Part shown: positions 1 to 8,330 of the stretch, one piece after another
Layout: every line of letters starts with the position of its first letter
Position numbering within the stretch: the first letter of the stretch is position 1
Assembly (NCBI GenBank): GCA_036350895.1
Contig: JAZBNZ010000234.1
Location: 5,600-69,599, forward strand
Length of the DNA: 64,000 nucleotides
Direction of reading: 5' to 3'
Source: Woeseiaceae bacterium
GTDB lineage: Bacteria > Pseudomonadota > Gammaproteobacteria > Steroidobacterales > Woeseiaceae
Notes under the pieces: generated by a model
The model's input: only the letters and a program-made list of their open reading frames with translations
The model's database searches: none
What the model was told of the DNA's origin: nothing
Position numbers and translations under genes: made by a program

Positions 1-1167
1 GCGTTCCCGGTGCGGCCGCGCCGGGGCATTGACGAGCAGGAACAGCCGCTCCGGTCCGCCCGGCACGGCGGCATTCTCCCGGTCCTGGGCGCACACGTAC
101 ACCGTCGGCATGTCGGTGATCGTCGAGGCCTCGAACAGCGCCTTGAATTCGGCCGGGTAGTTGTCACCGAAGAAGACTGTGTGATGATCGAGCGGGAAGC
201 CGTCGGCCTCTGCCACCAGGCTCCACGTGATCGCCGACAGCGAGCGTGGTTCCTTCGACCGCGACGGGACCGCACGCGCGACCGCCTTGCCGAGCAGCCC
301 GCGGCCGAAAGCATCGACGTCCCCGTTGAAGACGACGGCGTCGACAGGAAGCTCGTCGCCGGACTCGGTCAGGACGCCGGTGACGCGACCACGGTCCGTG
401 CGCAGTTCGGCGGCACCGGTCGAGAACCGGAACTCGGCGCCGTGATTCTTGGCAATCCGCACCAGGGCCTCGGCGAGCCGCTGCATGCCCCCCTCGACGT
501 AGTAAACACCCGCGCGCTCGACGTGCGCGATCAGCATCAGGGTCGCGGGTGCCGAGAACGGGGACGAACCCGTGTAGGTCGCGTAGCGACCGAAGAGCTG
601 GCGAAGCCTGGGATCGTCGAAATAGCGGCCCAGCTCCGACCACAAGGTTCTGAACGGCTTCGTCGCATAAAGGCGCGGCAGGCCCCCGATACCGAGCGAC
701 ATGCCCAGCGAGACCGGGTTCGGCTTTTCGCGGCGCATGAACGTATCGGCGAGCGTCTCGTAAATCGCTTCCGAGTCGGCAGCGAAGCGGCGGTAGGCCG
801 CCGCCTCGCCAGCCCCGGCGAATGCCTCGATGGCCGCGGCCGAACGCTCGACGTCGGCATGGAGGTCGAGGCGGCTGCCATCCAGCCAGGCATGGCGCGC
901 GAGCAGATCCGCACGCGCGAGCGACAGCTCGTCGTCGAGGTTCGTGCCGGCCGAGCGGAACAGCTCGTCGAAGACCCAGCGCATCGTGAAGACCGTCGGG
1001 CCGGAGTCGATCGCCGCGTCGCCTGCGCACAGTTCGCGCATTTTCCCGCCCGGCACGCTGCCACGCTCGAGCACCGTCACGTCGCAGCCCTTGGCCGCAA
1101 GTTCCACCGCCGCCGCCAGGCCGCCGATGCCCGCCCCGATGACGGCGATGCGCGGACGCTGGCTCAC
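1..1167 (-). CDS. crtD: FAD-dependent carotenoid desaturase of the phytoene-desaturase family, CrtD-like (1-hydroxy/methoxyneurosporene 3,4-desaturase); the 3' end lies outside the window
   Basis: Absent from the ORF track because it runs off the edge. My minus-strand translation from the GTG at 1167-1165 gives VSQRPRIAVIGAGIGGLAAAVELAAKGCDVTVLERGSVPGGKMR...GPTVFTMRWVFDELF...YYVEGGMQRLAEAL..., with no stop down to position 1. It has a GxGxxG Rossmann N-terminus and a CrtI/CrtD-type body. The GTG overlaps the P450 stop (GTGA). CrtD versus CrtI cannot be settled without an alignment. Confidence 0.7.
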   Translation of the reverse strand, partial: MSQRPRIAVIGAGIGGLAAAVELAAKGCDVTVLERGSVPGGKMRELCAGDAAIDSGPTVFTMRWVFDELFRSAGTNLDDELSLARADLLARHAWLDGSRLDLHADVERSAAAIEAFAGAGEAAAYRRFAADSEAIYETLADTFMRREKPNPVSLGMSLGIGGLPRLYATKPFRTLWSELGRYFDDPRLRQLFGRYATYTGSSPFSAPATLMLIAHVERAGVYYVEGGMQRLAEALVRIAKNHGAEFRFSTGAAELRTDRGRVTGVLTESGDELPVDAVVFNGDVDAFGRGLLGKAVARAVPSRSKEPRSLSAITWSLVAEADGFPLDHHTVFFGDNYPAEFKALFEASTITDMPTVYVCAQDRENAAVPGGPERLFLLVNAPARPHRER

Positions 1168-2546
1168 GCTGACGATCCGCGCCGGCGGACCCGCACGAGG
1201 ATATCGTTGGCCGGCCGAGTCGTCAGCCGCGCAACCGGCCGGACGTCGGCCGCGTTGTCGATCGTGAAGTCGTAGCGCCGGGCCAGCCGGGCCAGGATCA
1301 GGCCGCTCTCGATCGTCGCGAACGCGGCGCCCACGCAAACACGAGGCCCGAGTCCGAAGGACATCAGCACCCCCTTGTCCGCACTCTCGCCGCTCGGCGT
1401 ATCGAAACGATCGGGATCGAAGCGGTCCGGGTTTTGCCAGAGCAGGGCATTCCGGTGCGCGGTCCACGGCGACACCATGATCATCGCGCCTTTCTTGACG
1501 CGGAAGCGACCGATCGTCGCACGCTCCGCCGCGACGCGCGGGATGAAGGTGATCGGTGGATACAGCCGGAGCGTCTCGCGGAAGACGTTGCGGACGAAGC
1601 CGAGCTGCTTGACCTCCTGGATCGTCACCGGCCCGTCACCGGCGATATCCTCGACCTCGGCCCGCAGGCGCTCGAGGATGTCCGGGCGCGTCGCGAGAAT
1701 GAAGAATGCCCAGGTCAGGACGCTGGCCGTCGTCTCGTGCCCGGCCAGAAAGAACACGCCGATCTCATCGATCAGCTCTTCGCGGCTGAAGCCCTCGCCG
1801 GTCTCCTTGTCGCGCGCCGCCATCACGGCCTCGACGATATCGTCGGCCGCCGGGGCGCTGCCGTCGAGCCTGGGATCGACCAGCTCCCCGATGAGTCGCC
1901 GGATGCGCGCACAGGCCTCGAGCACCGCCGCCGGCTGCTTCACGTCCGCCCACGGTTTGCCGAAGATCAGCTGCCAGAGGTCAACGCTCGCGACGCTCGA
2001 TTCGAATTCGGTGAACGAATCGCAGACGTCCCGGGCGGTCTCTGACTCCAGCGAGCGGGAGAAGATCGTCCGGCAGATGACATCGGCGGTCAGCTCGCTC
2101 ATCGCGTGATCGAGGGAAAAGCGGCGATCGTCGGCGGCGCGCCGGTCGAGCTCGGTCTCGTAGTCGTCGACGGCGGCCTGCATCGAAGCAAACGCGGTAT
2201 TGATACGCAGGCCGGTAAAGGCCGGGTCGATCATCTCGCGCTGGCGGCGCCAGCGCTCGCCGCTGGAGACAAAGATGGAATCACCGACGAGCGGCTCCAG
2301 TGCGCCGACCATCAGGTCATTCTTGGGAAATATCTCGAGCGGGTCGGTCAGGATGTCACGCGCGATCGACGGATCGTTGACCAGCAGTATCGAGCGTCGC
2401 GAATAACCGAGCCAGGTGTAGGGCTTCTCGTACGCGTCGATCGGCACGAGGCTCAGGAGGTCGCCGTCCCCCTGGCGCATGACGCGCCACAGGGATCGCA
2501 GCGGGGGTTTCGGTCGCGGCGCCGGCGGCCGGTACAGCTCCGTCAT
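1164..2546 (-). CDS. Cytochrome P450 monooxygenase (460 aa)
   Basis: I-helix AGHETTASVLTW, K-helix ETLRLYPP (ExxR) and Cys-ligand loop FGLGPRVCVGAAFA. Start re-picked at the ATG at 2546 (MTELYRPP...), preceded by AAGAGG. The track's 537-aa version adds an Arg/Ala-rich extension. The stop overlaps the crtD GTG. Confidence 0.9.
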   Translation of the reverse strand: MTELYRPPAPRPKPPLRSLWRVMRQGDGDLLSLVPIDAYEKPYTWLGYSRRSILLVNDPSIARDILTDPLEIFPKNDLMVGALEPLVGDSIFVSSGERWRRQREMIDPAFTGLRINTAFASMQAAVDDYETELDRRAADDRRFSLDHAMSELTADVICRTIFSRSLESETARDVCDSFTEFESSVASVDLWQLIFGKPWADVKQPAAVLEACARIRRLIGELVDPRLDGSAPAADDIVEAVMAARDKETGEGFSREELIDEIGVFFLAGHETTASVLTWAFFILATRPDILERLRAEVEDIAGDGPVTIQEVKQLGFVRNVFRETLRLYPPITFIPRVAAERATIGRFRVKKGAMIMVSPWTAHRNALLWQNPDRFDPDRFDTPSGESADKGVLMSFGLGPRVCVGAAFATIESGLILARLARRYDFTIDNAADVRPVARLTTRPANDILVRVRRRGSSA

Positions 2547-2663
2547 TGGCGCCTCTTGTCCCCTGTCCCGTTCACCCGCAAAGTATACGCCGTTCGGCTG
2601 CGGCCGTCGTAACGCGAACAGCATGACCCAGTCCATCCACGCCCCGACGATAGTAAAGGCAGC

Positions 2664-3797
2664 ATGCCCCGCACGGCGCTCCTGACGCTTGGCCGGCTGC
2701 CGGTCGGCCTCGACATTGCCCGGAGCTTCAGCGCCGCCGGCTGGCGCGTCATTGTCGCCGAGCCCTACGCGATGCATCTCTGCCGCATGAGCCGGTCGGT
2801 GGACCGGTCGGTCCGCGTCACCAGTCCTGCCGCGGACCCGGAAGGCTACCTGCGGGACCTTGCCCGCATCGTCGCCGCCGAGCAGGTCGACCTCGTGATC
2901 CCGGTCTCCGAGGAAACGCTGCGCATCCCGGCACTGCGCGACACGATGCCTCCCGGCACGTGTGTATTTGCGGCGGAAGCGGCGCTGCTACACGAACTCC
3001 ACGACAAGTACCGCTTCACCGAGCGCGCCCGGGCAATCGGTCTCGCCGCCGCGAGGAGCTGGCTCCCCGGCAGCGTGGACACGGCCGCAAGCAGTGGCTA
3101 CGTGATAAAGCCGCGGCGCTCCTGCTCCGGCAGGGGCGTGCGCTTCGCCGCCTCGGACGCCGACGTCCGGGCAGAGACCGGCGATGTCGTCCAGGAGCGC
3201 CTCGTCGGTGACGAGGTCTCGGGCTTCGGCGTCGCCCGCAGCGGTGAGCTCCTGGCCCCGGTGGTCTACCGGAGCCGGGTGTCGTCGGGCAGCGTTGCCG
3301 TCTGCTTCGAACGCGTCGTCGACGATGGCGCGGTGGTCGACTGGATGCGACGTTTCGTGTCGGCCACGGGCTATTCGGGATTCATTGCCTTCGACTTCAT
3401 CGTGGTCGCGGGCCAGCCGGTCGCCATCGAATGCAATCCGCGCGCGACCAGCGGCATCCACTTTCTCGCCGGCGACGCAATCGAGCCGCTGGTAAGCGGC
3501 AATACACCGCCGCAGCGTTTGTACCGCGACGACACGCTGCTGGCCGAGAAATGGTCCTGCTACACGGCCACACTCGGCCGGCTGCGCTCACCGGGCGAGT
3601 TCGCCCATGCCCTCGGACTGTTGTTCCGGTCGAAAGACGTAAGCTGGCGGCGGGCCGATCCGTGGCCGTTCCTGCTGATGCCCGTCAGCACCTTTCGCAT
3701 CATCGCCGACGCAATCCGCACCCGCAGCACGTTTGCCGAAGTCGCGGTTGCGGACGTCGCCTGGCGCGATGCGCCGGACCCGACCCCCATCCCGTGA
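2664..3797 (+). CDS. ATP-grasp superfamily ligase (377 aa), substrate unknown
   Basis: YVIKPRRSCSGRGVRF (ATP-binding Lys / Gly-rich loop) and FIAFDFIVVAGQPVAIECNPRATSG (E-x-N metal-binding motif), arranged as in ATP-grasp enzymes. Divergent from the P450. Confidence 0.8.
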   Translation: MPRTALLTLGRLPVGLDIARSFSAAGWRVIVAEPYAMHLCRMSRSVDRSVRVTSPAADPEGYLRDLARIVAAEQVDLVIPVSEETLRIPALRDTMPPGTCVFAAEAALLHELHDKYRFTERARAIGLAAARSWLPGSVDTAASSGYVIKPRRSCSGRGVRFAASDADVRAETGDVVQERLVGDEVSGFGVARSGELLAPVVYRSRVSSGSVAVCFERVVDDGAVVDWMRRFVSATGYSGFIAFDFIVVAGQPVAIECNPRATSGIHFLAGDAIEPLVSGNTPPQRLYRDDTLLAEKWSCYTATLGRLRSPGEFAHALGLLFRSKDVSWRRADPWPFLLMPVSTFRIIADAIRTRSTFAEVAVADVAWRDAPDPTPIP

Positions 3798-4822
3798 GTC
3801 ACCGTTACCCTGCAGCGCGGCTCTGTCGTGACGAACGGCCCTCCCGGGAGCTCGTGAGCTTTCTCGAAGGCGTCGAGTTCGGCGGGCAGGGCCTGCGTTA
3901 CCGGCGTAAACACCTGCTGCCGGCGCTGGAGCGCCTCGACGATCCGGTCTTCCTCTCTCTTCGTGAAGACGACGCGATCCGCGCCAGCTACGCGCTGACG
4001 GACTCCGCAGCAAGCCTCGACGGCCAACCGCTCGCCGCCGTGTACCGCGGCCTCCTGGCGGTCGACCCGGCCCGGCGCCGCCGCGGGCTCGGCCGACGGC
4101 TGGTAGAGTCCGCCCTGGCTGGAATCGAGGCGCGCAGCGCGGGGCAGCCGTTCCTGTCCTTCGGCCTCATCGAGGCAGAAAACACGGCATCCCTGCGACT
4201 GCTGGAATCGCTGGGGGCAACGGACGTAGGCAAGCTGGAAAGCCGCCTCGTCTACCGGCAATGGCCACGGCGCTCAACGCGACTCGTCGAGCTCGACTCC
4301 GGTCTCGCGGGCGCCTTCGAACGACAGCTCTCGGCACAACGTGGGGACCGCGGTCTCACCCTCCGTGCGTCCGCCCGCTATCCCGCCTACGGGCTCGTCG
4401 ACGGCGGCGACCTGCTGGCTGCGGCCCGGGTCGGCGTTACAACGCTCGATCTCGGTGCGGGCGGCCCGCTGGCCCGCTTCCTGCACCGGAACGCCTACGG
4501 GCGTTTCAGGATGCTCGGCAAGCGTTACAACCGGCGCGCATTTCGTTACCTGACCATCCACGATCCCCTCGTCGGCGATGACGCCGACGCCTGGCCGGGC
4601 TTCCTGCAGGGACTGCTCGCCCACCATGACACGCACATGGCGCTGTTTACGCTCGATGCACGCTCGGACGTCGCCGCCCGCCTCGGCACTGCCGGATTAT
4701 TCGGGCGCTTCGCGAAAACGACGCAGCAAGACCTGGTGCTGGTCGCCAGCGGCTGGAACCTGGGCGACGGGTGGACGGAACGAATCCGGAGCGCGCCCGT
4801 AACGGGCGGCCCGGTGTTCTAG
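3794..4822 (+). CDS. GNAT-family N-acetyltransferase with a second C-terminal domain (342 aa)
   Basis: GNAT motif A in LAVDPARRRRGLGRRLVESAL (R-x-x-G-x-G). About 190 further residues follow, with no motif I recognise. The GTG start at 3794 overlaps the ATP-grasp stop (GTGA). The track ORF 3431..4822 is an upstream extension of the same frame. Confidence 0.75.
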   Translation: MSHRYPAARLCRDERPSRELVSFLEGVEFGGQGLRYRRKHLLPALERLDDPVFLSLREDDAIRASYALTDSAASLDGQPLAAVYRGLLAVDPARRRRGLGRRLVESALAGIEARSAGQPFLSFGLIEAENTASLRLLESLGATDVGKLESRLVYRQWPRRSTRLVELDSGLAGAFERQLSAQRGDRGLTLRASARYPAYGLVDGGDLLAAARVGVTTLDLGAGGPLARFLHRNAYGRFRMLGKRYNRRAFRYLTIHDPLVGDDADAWPGFLQGLLAHHDTHMALFTLDARSDVAARLGTAGLFGRFAKTTQQDLVLVASGWNLGDGWTERIRSAPVTGGPVF

Positions 4823-4850
4823 ATAACGGTGTTCCGGACGACAAGGTGCC

Positions 4851-4890
4851 GCGCCGGCCGCCACGTCGGGGAGATGCAGGCGGCCGGCGC
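4851..4890. terminator. Perfect 12-bp GC stem-loop between the convergent GNAT and pufC genes (possible bidirectional terminator or 3'-end stabiliser; no U-tract)
   Basis: GCGCCGGCCGCC (4851-4862), a 16-nt loop, then GGCGGCCGGCGC (4879-4890). It sits in the 88-nt gap between the two stop codons. Confidence 0.5.
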
Positions 4891-4910
4891 AGAGCAGAAA
4901 CGGGATTGCC

Positions 4911-5918
4911 TTATCGGCCTCCCAAAGACGGGTACGCCGATACCGCGTCCGCTCCGCCAAGCGGCTTATTCAATCCCTGGTGGCAGGTAGCGCAGTACGC
5001 TTTCGGCGCATCACCCACGTGCGGTCCAAGGCGGTTGTCCGGGTACGTCGGCCCCAGGGGAACCAGGTAGTTCCCGTTGAGGTCGCGGACCATGTTGAGC
5101 CCGTAGTGCGCCGTTATGCGTTGCGGCGTGCTCGACTCCCAGTTCTGGAACGCGCGCGAGTTGTGACAGAACGTGCAGTTCACACCCAGTGAGGAAGACC
5201 AGTTCATCATCAAGGCATACGTGTACTCGGCGTCCTTGATCGTCAACGGTTCGACCGCTGCGCGCCGCCAGTCGTCGCCGGCAATCCGCACGCTGTCGCT
5301 CTGCGGCGAGACCTGGAACCGCGAGAACGGATCCGAGGGCAAGGTCGCGTAAGCCACTGCTTCGACGGGGCGGTTCTGGCCGGCACGCCAGCCCGCAAAC
5401 GGCGAGTTGCCGTAGGTCGAGTCGCCTTCGTCGAACCAGATGTACTCCGGTACGTTCTTGCCGCGGTGACACGTGTAGCAGTTGACGCCGTTCTGGCCGA
5501 CATGATCCGTCCAGTTCCCGTTTACGTGCTGGGTCATCTGGATCATCCGCCGGGAGACCACCTTGGTGTACTTGCCGTCGTCCGCGAGATTGTCAGGATA
5601 GTGGCAGTAGTTGCAGCCCTCTTCCGGCGAAACCCACTGGGTAATCGACGTCATCAGGCGGGTAAACTGCCCGACCGAGAGGTCTCCGAGAACCTGGACG
5701 TTCTCATAGACCTCACCGGCCTTCGGTCCCGATGCCGGCGCAGCCGGCAGGGCCGCCGGGTAACCTGCCTCTAGAGCCTCTGCTCGCGGGTTGGTCACGT
5801 CGCCCATCGCCACGCCGCGGAAGCCGTACTGTTCCGTATCGACGGGTGGCCGTTCGCACGCGGCGAGAACCAGTGCGATCGATGTCAGGACAATCGCTTT
5901 TCTTGTTGCGCTCATCAT
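4911..5918 (-). CDS. pufC: Reaction-centre tetrahaem cytochrome c subunit
   Basis: Four CxxCH motifs (CNYCH, CYTCH, CTFCH, CATCH). Immediately downstream of pufM. The N-terminus ...LVLAAC resembles a lipoprotein signal. Confidence 0.95.
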   Translation of the reverse strand: MMSATRKAIVLTSIALVLAACERPPVDTEQYGFRGVAMGDVTNPRAEALEAGYPAALPAAPASGPKAGEVYENVQVLGDLSVGQFTRLMTSITQWVSPEEGCNYCHYPDNLADDGKYTKVVSRRMIQMTQHVNGNWTDHVGQNGVNCYTCHRGKNVPEYIWFDEGDSTYGNSPFAGWRAGQNRPVEAVAYATLPSDPFSRFQVSPQSDSVRIAGDDWRRAAVEPLTIKDAEYTYALMMNWSSSLGVNCTFCHNSRAFQNWESSTPQRITAHYGLNMVRDLNGNYLVPLGPTYPDNRLGPHVGDAPKAYCATCHQGLNKPLGGADAVSAYPSLGGR

Positions 5919-5928
5919 TTCAGCTCCC

Positions 5929-6894
5929 TCACGGTGCGGCCGCCGGATCGCTCATACCGGGTGCCACCTCGGGATAGACCGGCACCAGACCGTGCTCGAG
6001 ACCCCATTGGTACCAGTTATCAACGACCGTGCCTGTAAGAATGATCCCGATGCCGCCGGTGAGCGTCGTCAGGACGGCGAACCACCAGGCCCAGCGGTGG
6101 ATCGACTCGAACGTCGCGTTGAAGCCGATCGTCCAGCGCCAGAACAGGCCGCCGCGTTCAGCTGCCGTGCCCCGGTCGACGATCTGTTCGATCTCGCGGT
6201 GTGCACCGTAGTTGCCAGCGGCGAGAATCGTCGCGCCGTGCATGGCGAACAACAGCGCCGAACCGTAGAGGAACGCGATCGACAGCATGTGGAACGGGTT
6301 GTAGAAGAGGTTGCCGTAACGCAGCGAGAAGGCCGTTGTCCAGTCGAGGTGCGGGAAGATGCCGAAAGGCACTGCTTCGCTCCAGCTACCCATCAGGAGC
6401 GGCCGGAAGAACCCGAGCACCAGGTACAGCCAGATTGCCGAGGCAAATGCCCAGGCCACATGGGTACCCATGCCGAGCTCGGTCGCACGACGATACATGC
6501 GGACCCACCACAGCAGGATCGATACGGTCAGGGAGAAACCCGCCAGTATCCACCAGCCACCCTCGTTGAGCGGCGGGAAGGACAGCCCGTATTCGGGCCC
6601 GGGCGGTTCCAGCGCGAGCCAGGGCAGGAGCCGGAAGAACTCTACCGGATCCCAGCCGACGGAAGCCCACATGTTCAGGCCGATGATCTCGAAAGCAACC
6701 AGCCCGAAAATGATCGAGAACAGGCCCGTCGTACCGAGGTAGGCGGGACCGATCTGCGCTTCGCCGAAGCGGCCGATCAGGTAATTGAAGAAAGCTCCGG
6801 TGCGGTCGAAGATGCCCTTCGACTTCAGCGGAACCCCGAGGTCGGGTTCGCCGTGAACCTGCACCCGGTTAAAGATATTTTGATACGTCGCCAT
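5929..6894 (-). CDS. pufM: Photosynthetic reaction centre M subunit
   Basis: [23 protein letters not shown]... with five hydrophobic helices; typical PufM sequence in the position after pufL. Confidence 0.97.
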   Translation of the reverse strand: MATYQNIFNRVQVHGEPDLGVPLKSKGIFDRTGAFFNYLIGRFGEAQIGPAYLGTTGLFSIIFGLVAFEIIGLNMWASVGWDPVEFFRLLPWLALEPPGPEYGLSFPPLNEGGWWILAGFSLTVSILLWWVRMYRRATELGMGTHVAWAFASAIWLYLVLGFFRPLLMGSWSEAVPFGIFPHLDWTTAFSLRYGNLFYNPFHMLSIAFLYGSALLFAMHGATILAAGNYGAHREIEQIVDRGTAAERGGLFWRWTIGFNATFESIHRWAWWFAVLTTLTGGIGIILTGTVVDNWYQWGLEHGLVPVYPEVAPGMSDPAAAP

Positions 6895-6903
6895 GTCGTT
6901 CCC

Positions 6904-7731
6904 CTAGCCCCAGATCGGCAGCGACAGCCACCAGTTCCACCACTCGGGCCAGCCGCGTGTCCAGAACGGTCCGCTGATGATGATGCAGATCGCACTCCAG
7001 AAGCCTGCGTTCAACGCAAGAAAGAGGCCGAGACGGTGAATGCCGAGCGACCCGATCGAATACGCGATCGTGTCACGGAAGAATGCGTTTTCATGGTAGT
7101 TGCCTTTGACCGTATCGCCCTTCTTGTGGGGATTCGTCGCAGACAGGATCGCCCCACCGTGCAGACCCAGCGCCAGGGTGGTCGTGAAGAAGAACGTCAC
7201 TGCCAGCATGTGAGCGGGGTTGTAGTGGAAGTGCAGGTACTGGTAACCCGTGTTCGAGACCCAGTCGAGGTGACTCATGATTCCGTACGGGAAGCCGTGA
7301 CCCCATGCGCCCATCAGGACGGGCCGGATCACCACGAGGCTTATGTATGCGAATACCGCAACGCCGAACGCAACCGGTATGTGGTAGTTCATTCCGAGCT
7401 TGCGAGAGATCTCAGCCTGTCGCAGGGCCCAGGAAACGAACGCACCGATTGCGCAGAAAGTTATCAGCTGCCAGAGTCCGCCGTCCGTGAGTGGCGCGAG
7501 CGAGAGACCGTAACTCAGATCCGGAGGTGCAATGTTGATCTGCCAGATGTTCCAGGTCGGGCCGATCGCTGCCCCGTAAAGGATCAGCGCGGTTCCGAGC
7601 AGCGTGAAAAAAAGCGTTGTTACGCCGAAAAAGCCGACGTAGAACGGACCGACCCAGAAATCGAACAGGTCGCCTCCGATCAGGGTTCCGCCGCGCACTC
7701 GATATTTTTTTTCGAAGCTCAGCATAGACAT
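6904..7731 (-). CDS. pufL: Photosynthetic reaction centre L subunit
   Basis: [36 protein letters not shown]... is the canonical PufL N-terminus. GGAGGG Shine-Dalgarno upstream. Confidence 0.97.
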   Translation of the reverse strand: MSMLSFEKKYRVRGGTLIGGDLFDFWVGPFYVGFFGVTTLFFTLLGTALILYGAAIGPTWNIWQINIAPPDLSYGLSLAPLTDGGLWQLITFCAIGAFVSWALRQAEISRKLGMNYHIPVAFGVAVFAYISLVVIRPVLMGAWGHGFPYGIMSHLDWVSNTGYQYLHFHYNPAHMLAVTFFFTTTLALGLHGGAILSATNPHKKGDTVKGNYHENAFFRDTIAYSIGSLGIHRLGLFLALNAGFWSAICIIISGPFWTRGWPEWWNWWLSLPIWG

Positions 7732-7790
7732 TGAACTTACCCTCCGGCGCCGGGTTGTCAGGCCAGCGCCCTACGCATTAAAAGCTGCTG

Positions 7791-7828
7791 CCAGATCACA
7801 CCGGGCCGTGAAGCCCGTTGTGATCCGG
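7791..7828 (-). terminator. pufA-pufL intercistronic stem-loop (about 16 bp) followed by CUUUUAAU on the mRNA; partial terminator / mRNA-stabilising hairpin
   Basis: Plus strand: CCAGATCACACCGGGC / loop CGTGAA / GCCCGTTGTGATCCGG. In the minus-sense RNA there is one mismatch and one G-U wobble, with a U-run directly 3' of the stem. Confidence 0.6.
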
Positions 7829-7844
7829 ACAACAGCATTCTGGT

Positions 7845-8057
7845 TCAAACCCTGTAGATGTCGCGAGACTGCAGGGCCGCAGGTTCGACCAATGTGGTCG
7901 GTGCTACGACGTCTGCCGCTGCGCGCGGGCCTTCGATCCAGTTGAAACGATCAGTGCTCAACAAGATGAAGTGAATCAACAGAGCCAGGACGAGAAGAAA
8001 GACCGCCATGCCGACCATTACTCGGCGTGGGTCGAAAATTAACCAAATTCTCCACAT
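7845..8057 (-). CDS. pufA: Light-harvesting 1 alpha polypeptide
   Basis: [12 protein letters not shown]...[15 protein letters not shown]: LH alpha fold with the BChl-ligand His in a single TM helix. Follows pufB. Confidence 0.93.
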   Translation of the reverse strand: MWRIWLIFDPRRVMVGMAVFLLVLALLIHFILLSTDRFNWIEGPRAAADVVAPTTLVEPAALQSRDIYRV

Positions 8058-8069
8058 GATCCTTTCTCC

Positions 8070-8288
8070 TTAACTGAAGCGCGTAATGACGCTGTGGGCG
8101 ACAGCATTCACGCTATCGGTGAGAGCCGCGTACCCTTCAGGTCCGGGGAACCAGGGCCGCCACTGCCACACTAGGAAGTGGGCGATAATGGCGATGACTG
8201 TGAACACGATGAAACCCATCATGAAGAAGCGATGGAATTCCTTAGCTTCTCGTGAACTCAGTCCTGACGTTGAACTACTATCGGACAT
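8070..8288 (-). CDS. pufB: Light-harvesting 1 beta polypeptide
   Basis: ...[34 protein letters not shown]: LH beta signature with both conserved His. GAGGAG Shine-Dalgarno upstream. Confidence 0.93.
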   Translation of the reverse strand: MSDSSSTSGLSSREAKEFHRFFMMGFIVFTVIAIIAHFLVWQWRPWFPGPEGYAALTDSVNAVAHSVITRFS

Positions 8289-8330
8289 TGTTTTTACTCC
8301 TCAACACAAAAGTCGACTTGGTTGCGGTTA

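Noticed and set aside
10-1275. 421-aa plus-strand ORF covering the left edge, and the overlapping 288-aa and 175-aa minus-strand ORFs
   Set aside because: They are Arg/Ala/Gly-rich, low-complexity translations with no motifs. The same DNA encodes a clean CrtD-like desaturase in another minus-strand frame, so these are typical shadow ORFs of GC-rich DNA.
2557-2574. TGTCCCCTGTCCCGTTCA (TGT-N12-TCA) in the P450 / ATP-grasp divergent spacer, considered as possible PpsR control of the novel island
   Set aside because: It is a single box with no partner 8 bp away. Its spacer is GC-rich, unlike the AT-rich spacers of the paired sites, and it overlaps the P450 Shine-Dalgarno. The chance expectation for relaxed TGT-N12-(ACA/TCA/ACG/ACT) matches in the intergenic DNA of this window is not negligible. 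It would be worth including in an EMSA, but it is not supportable as a feature.
5791-7734. 647-aa plus-strand ORF antisense to pufC, pufM and pufL. Similar long antisense or alternate-frame ORFs occur at 18890-21133 (747 aa), 30048-31682, 49150-51030 (626 aa) and 58019-59800 (593 aa).
   Set aside because: All lie opposite or out of frame to genes with unmistakable family signatures. They have Arg/Pro/Gly/Ala-dominated composition and no recognisable domains. They are explained by stop-codon scarcity in high-GC sequence.
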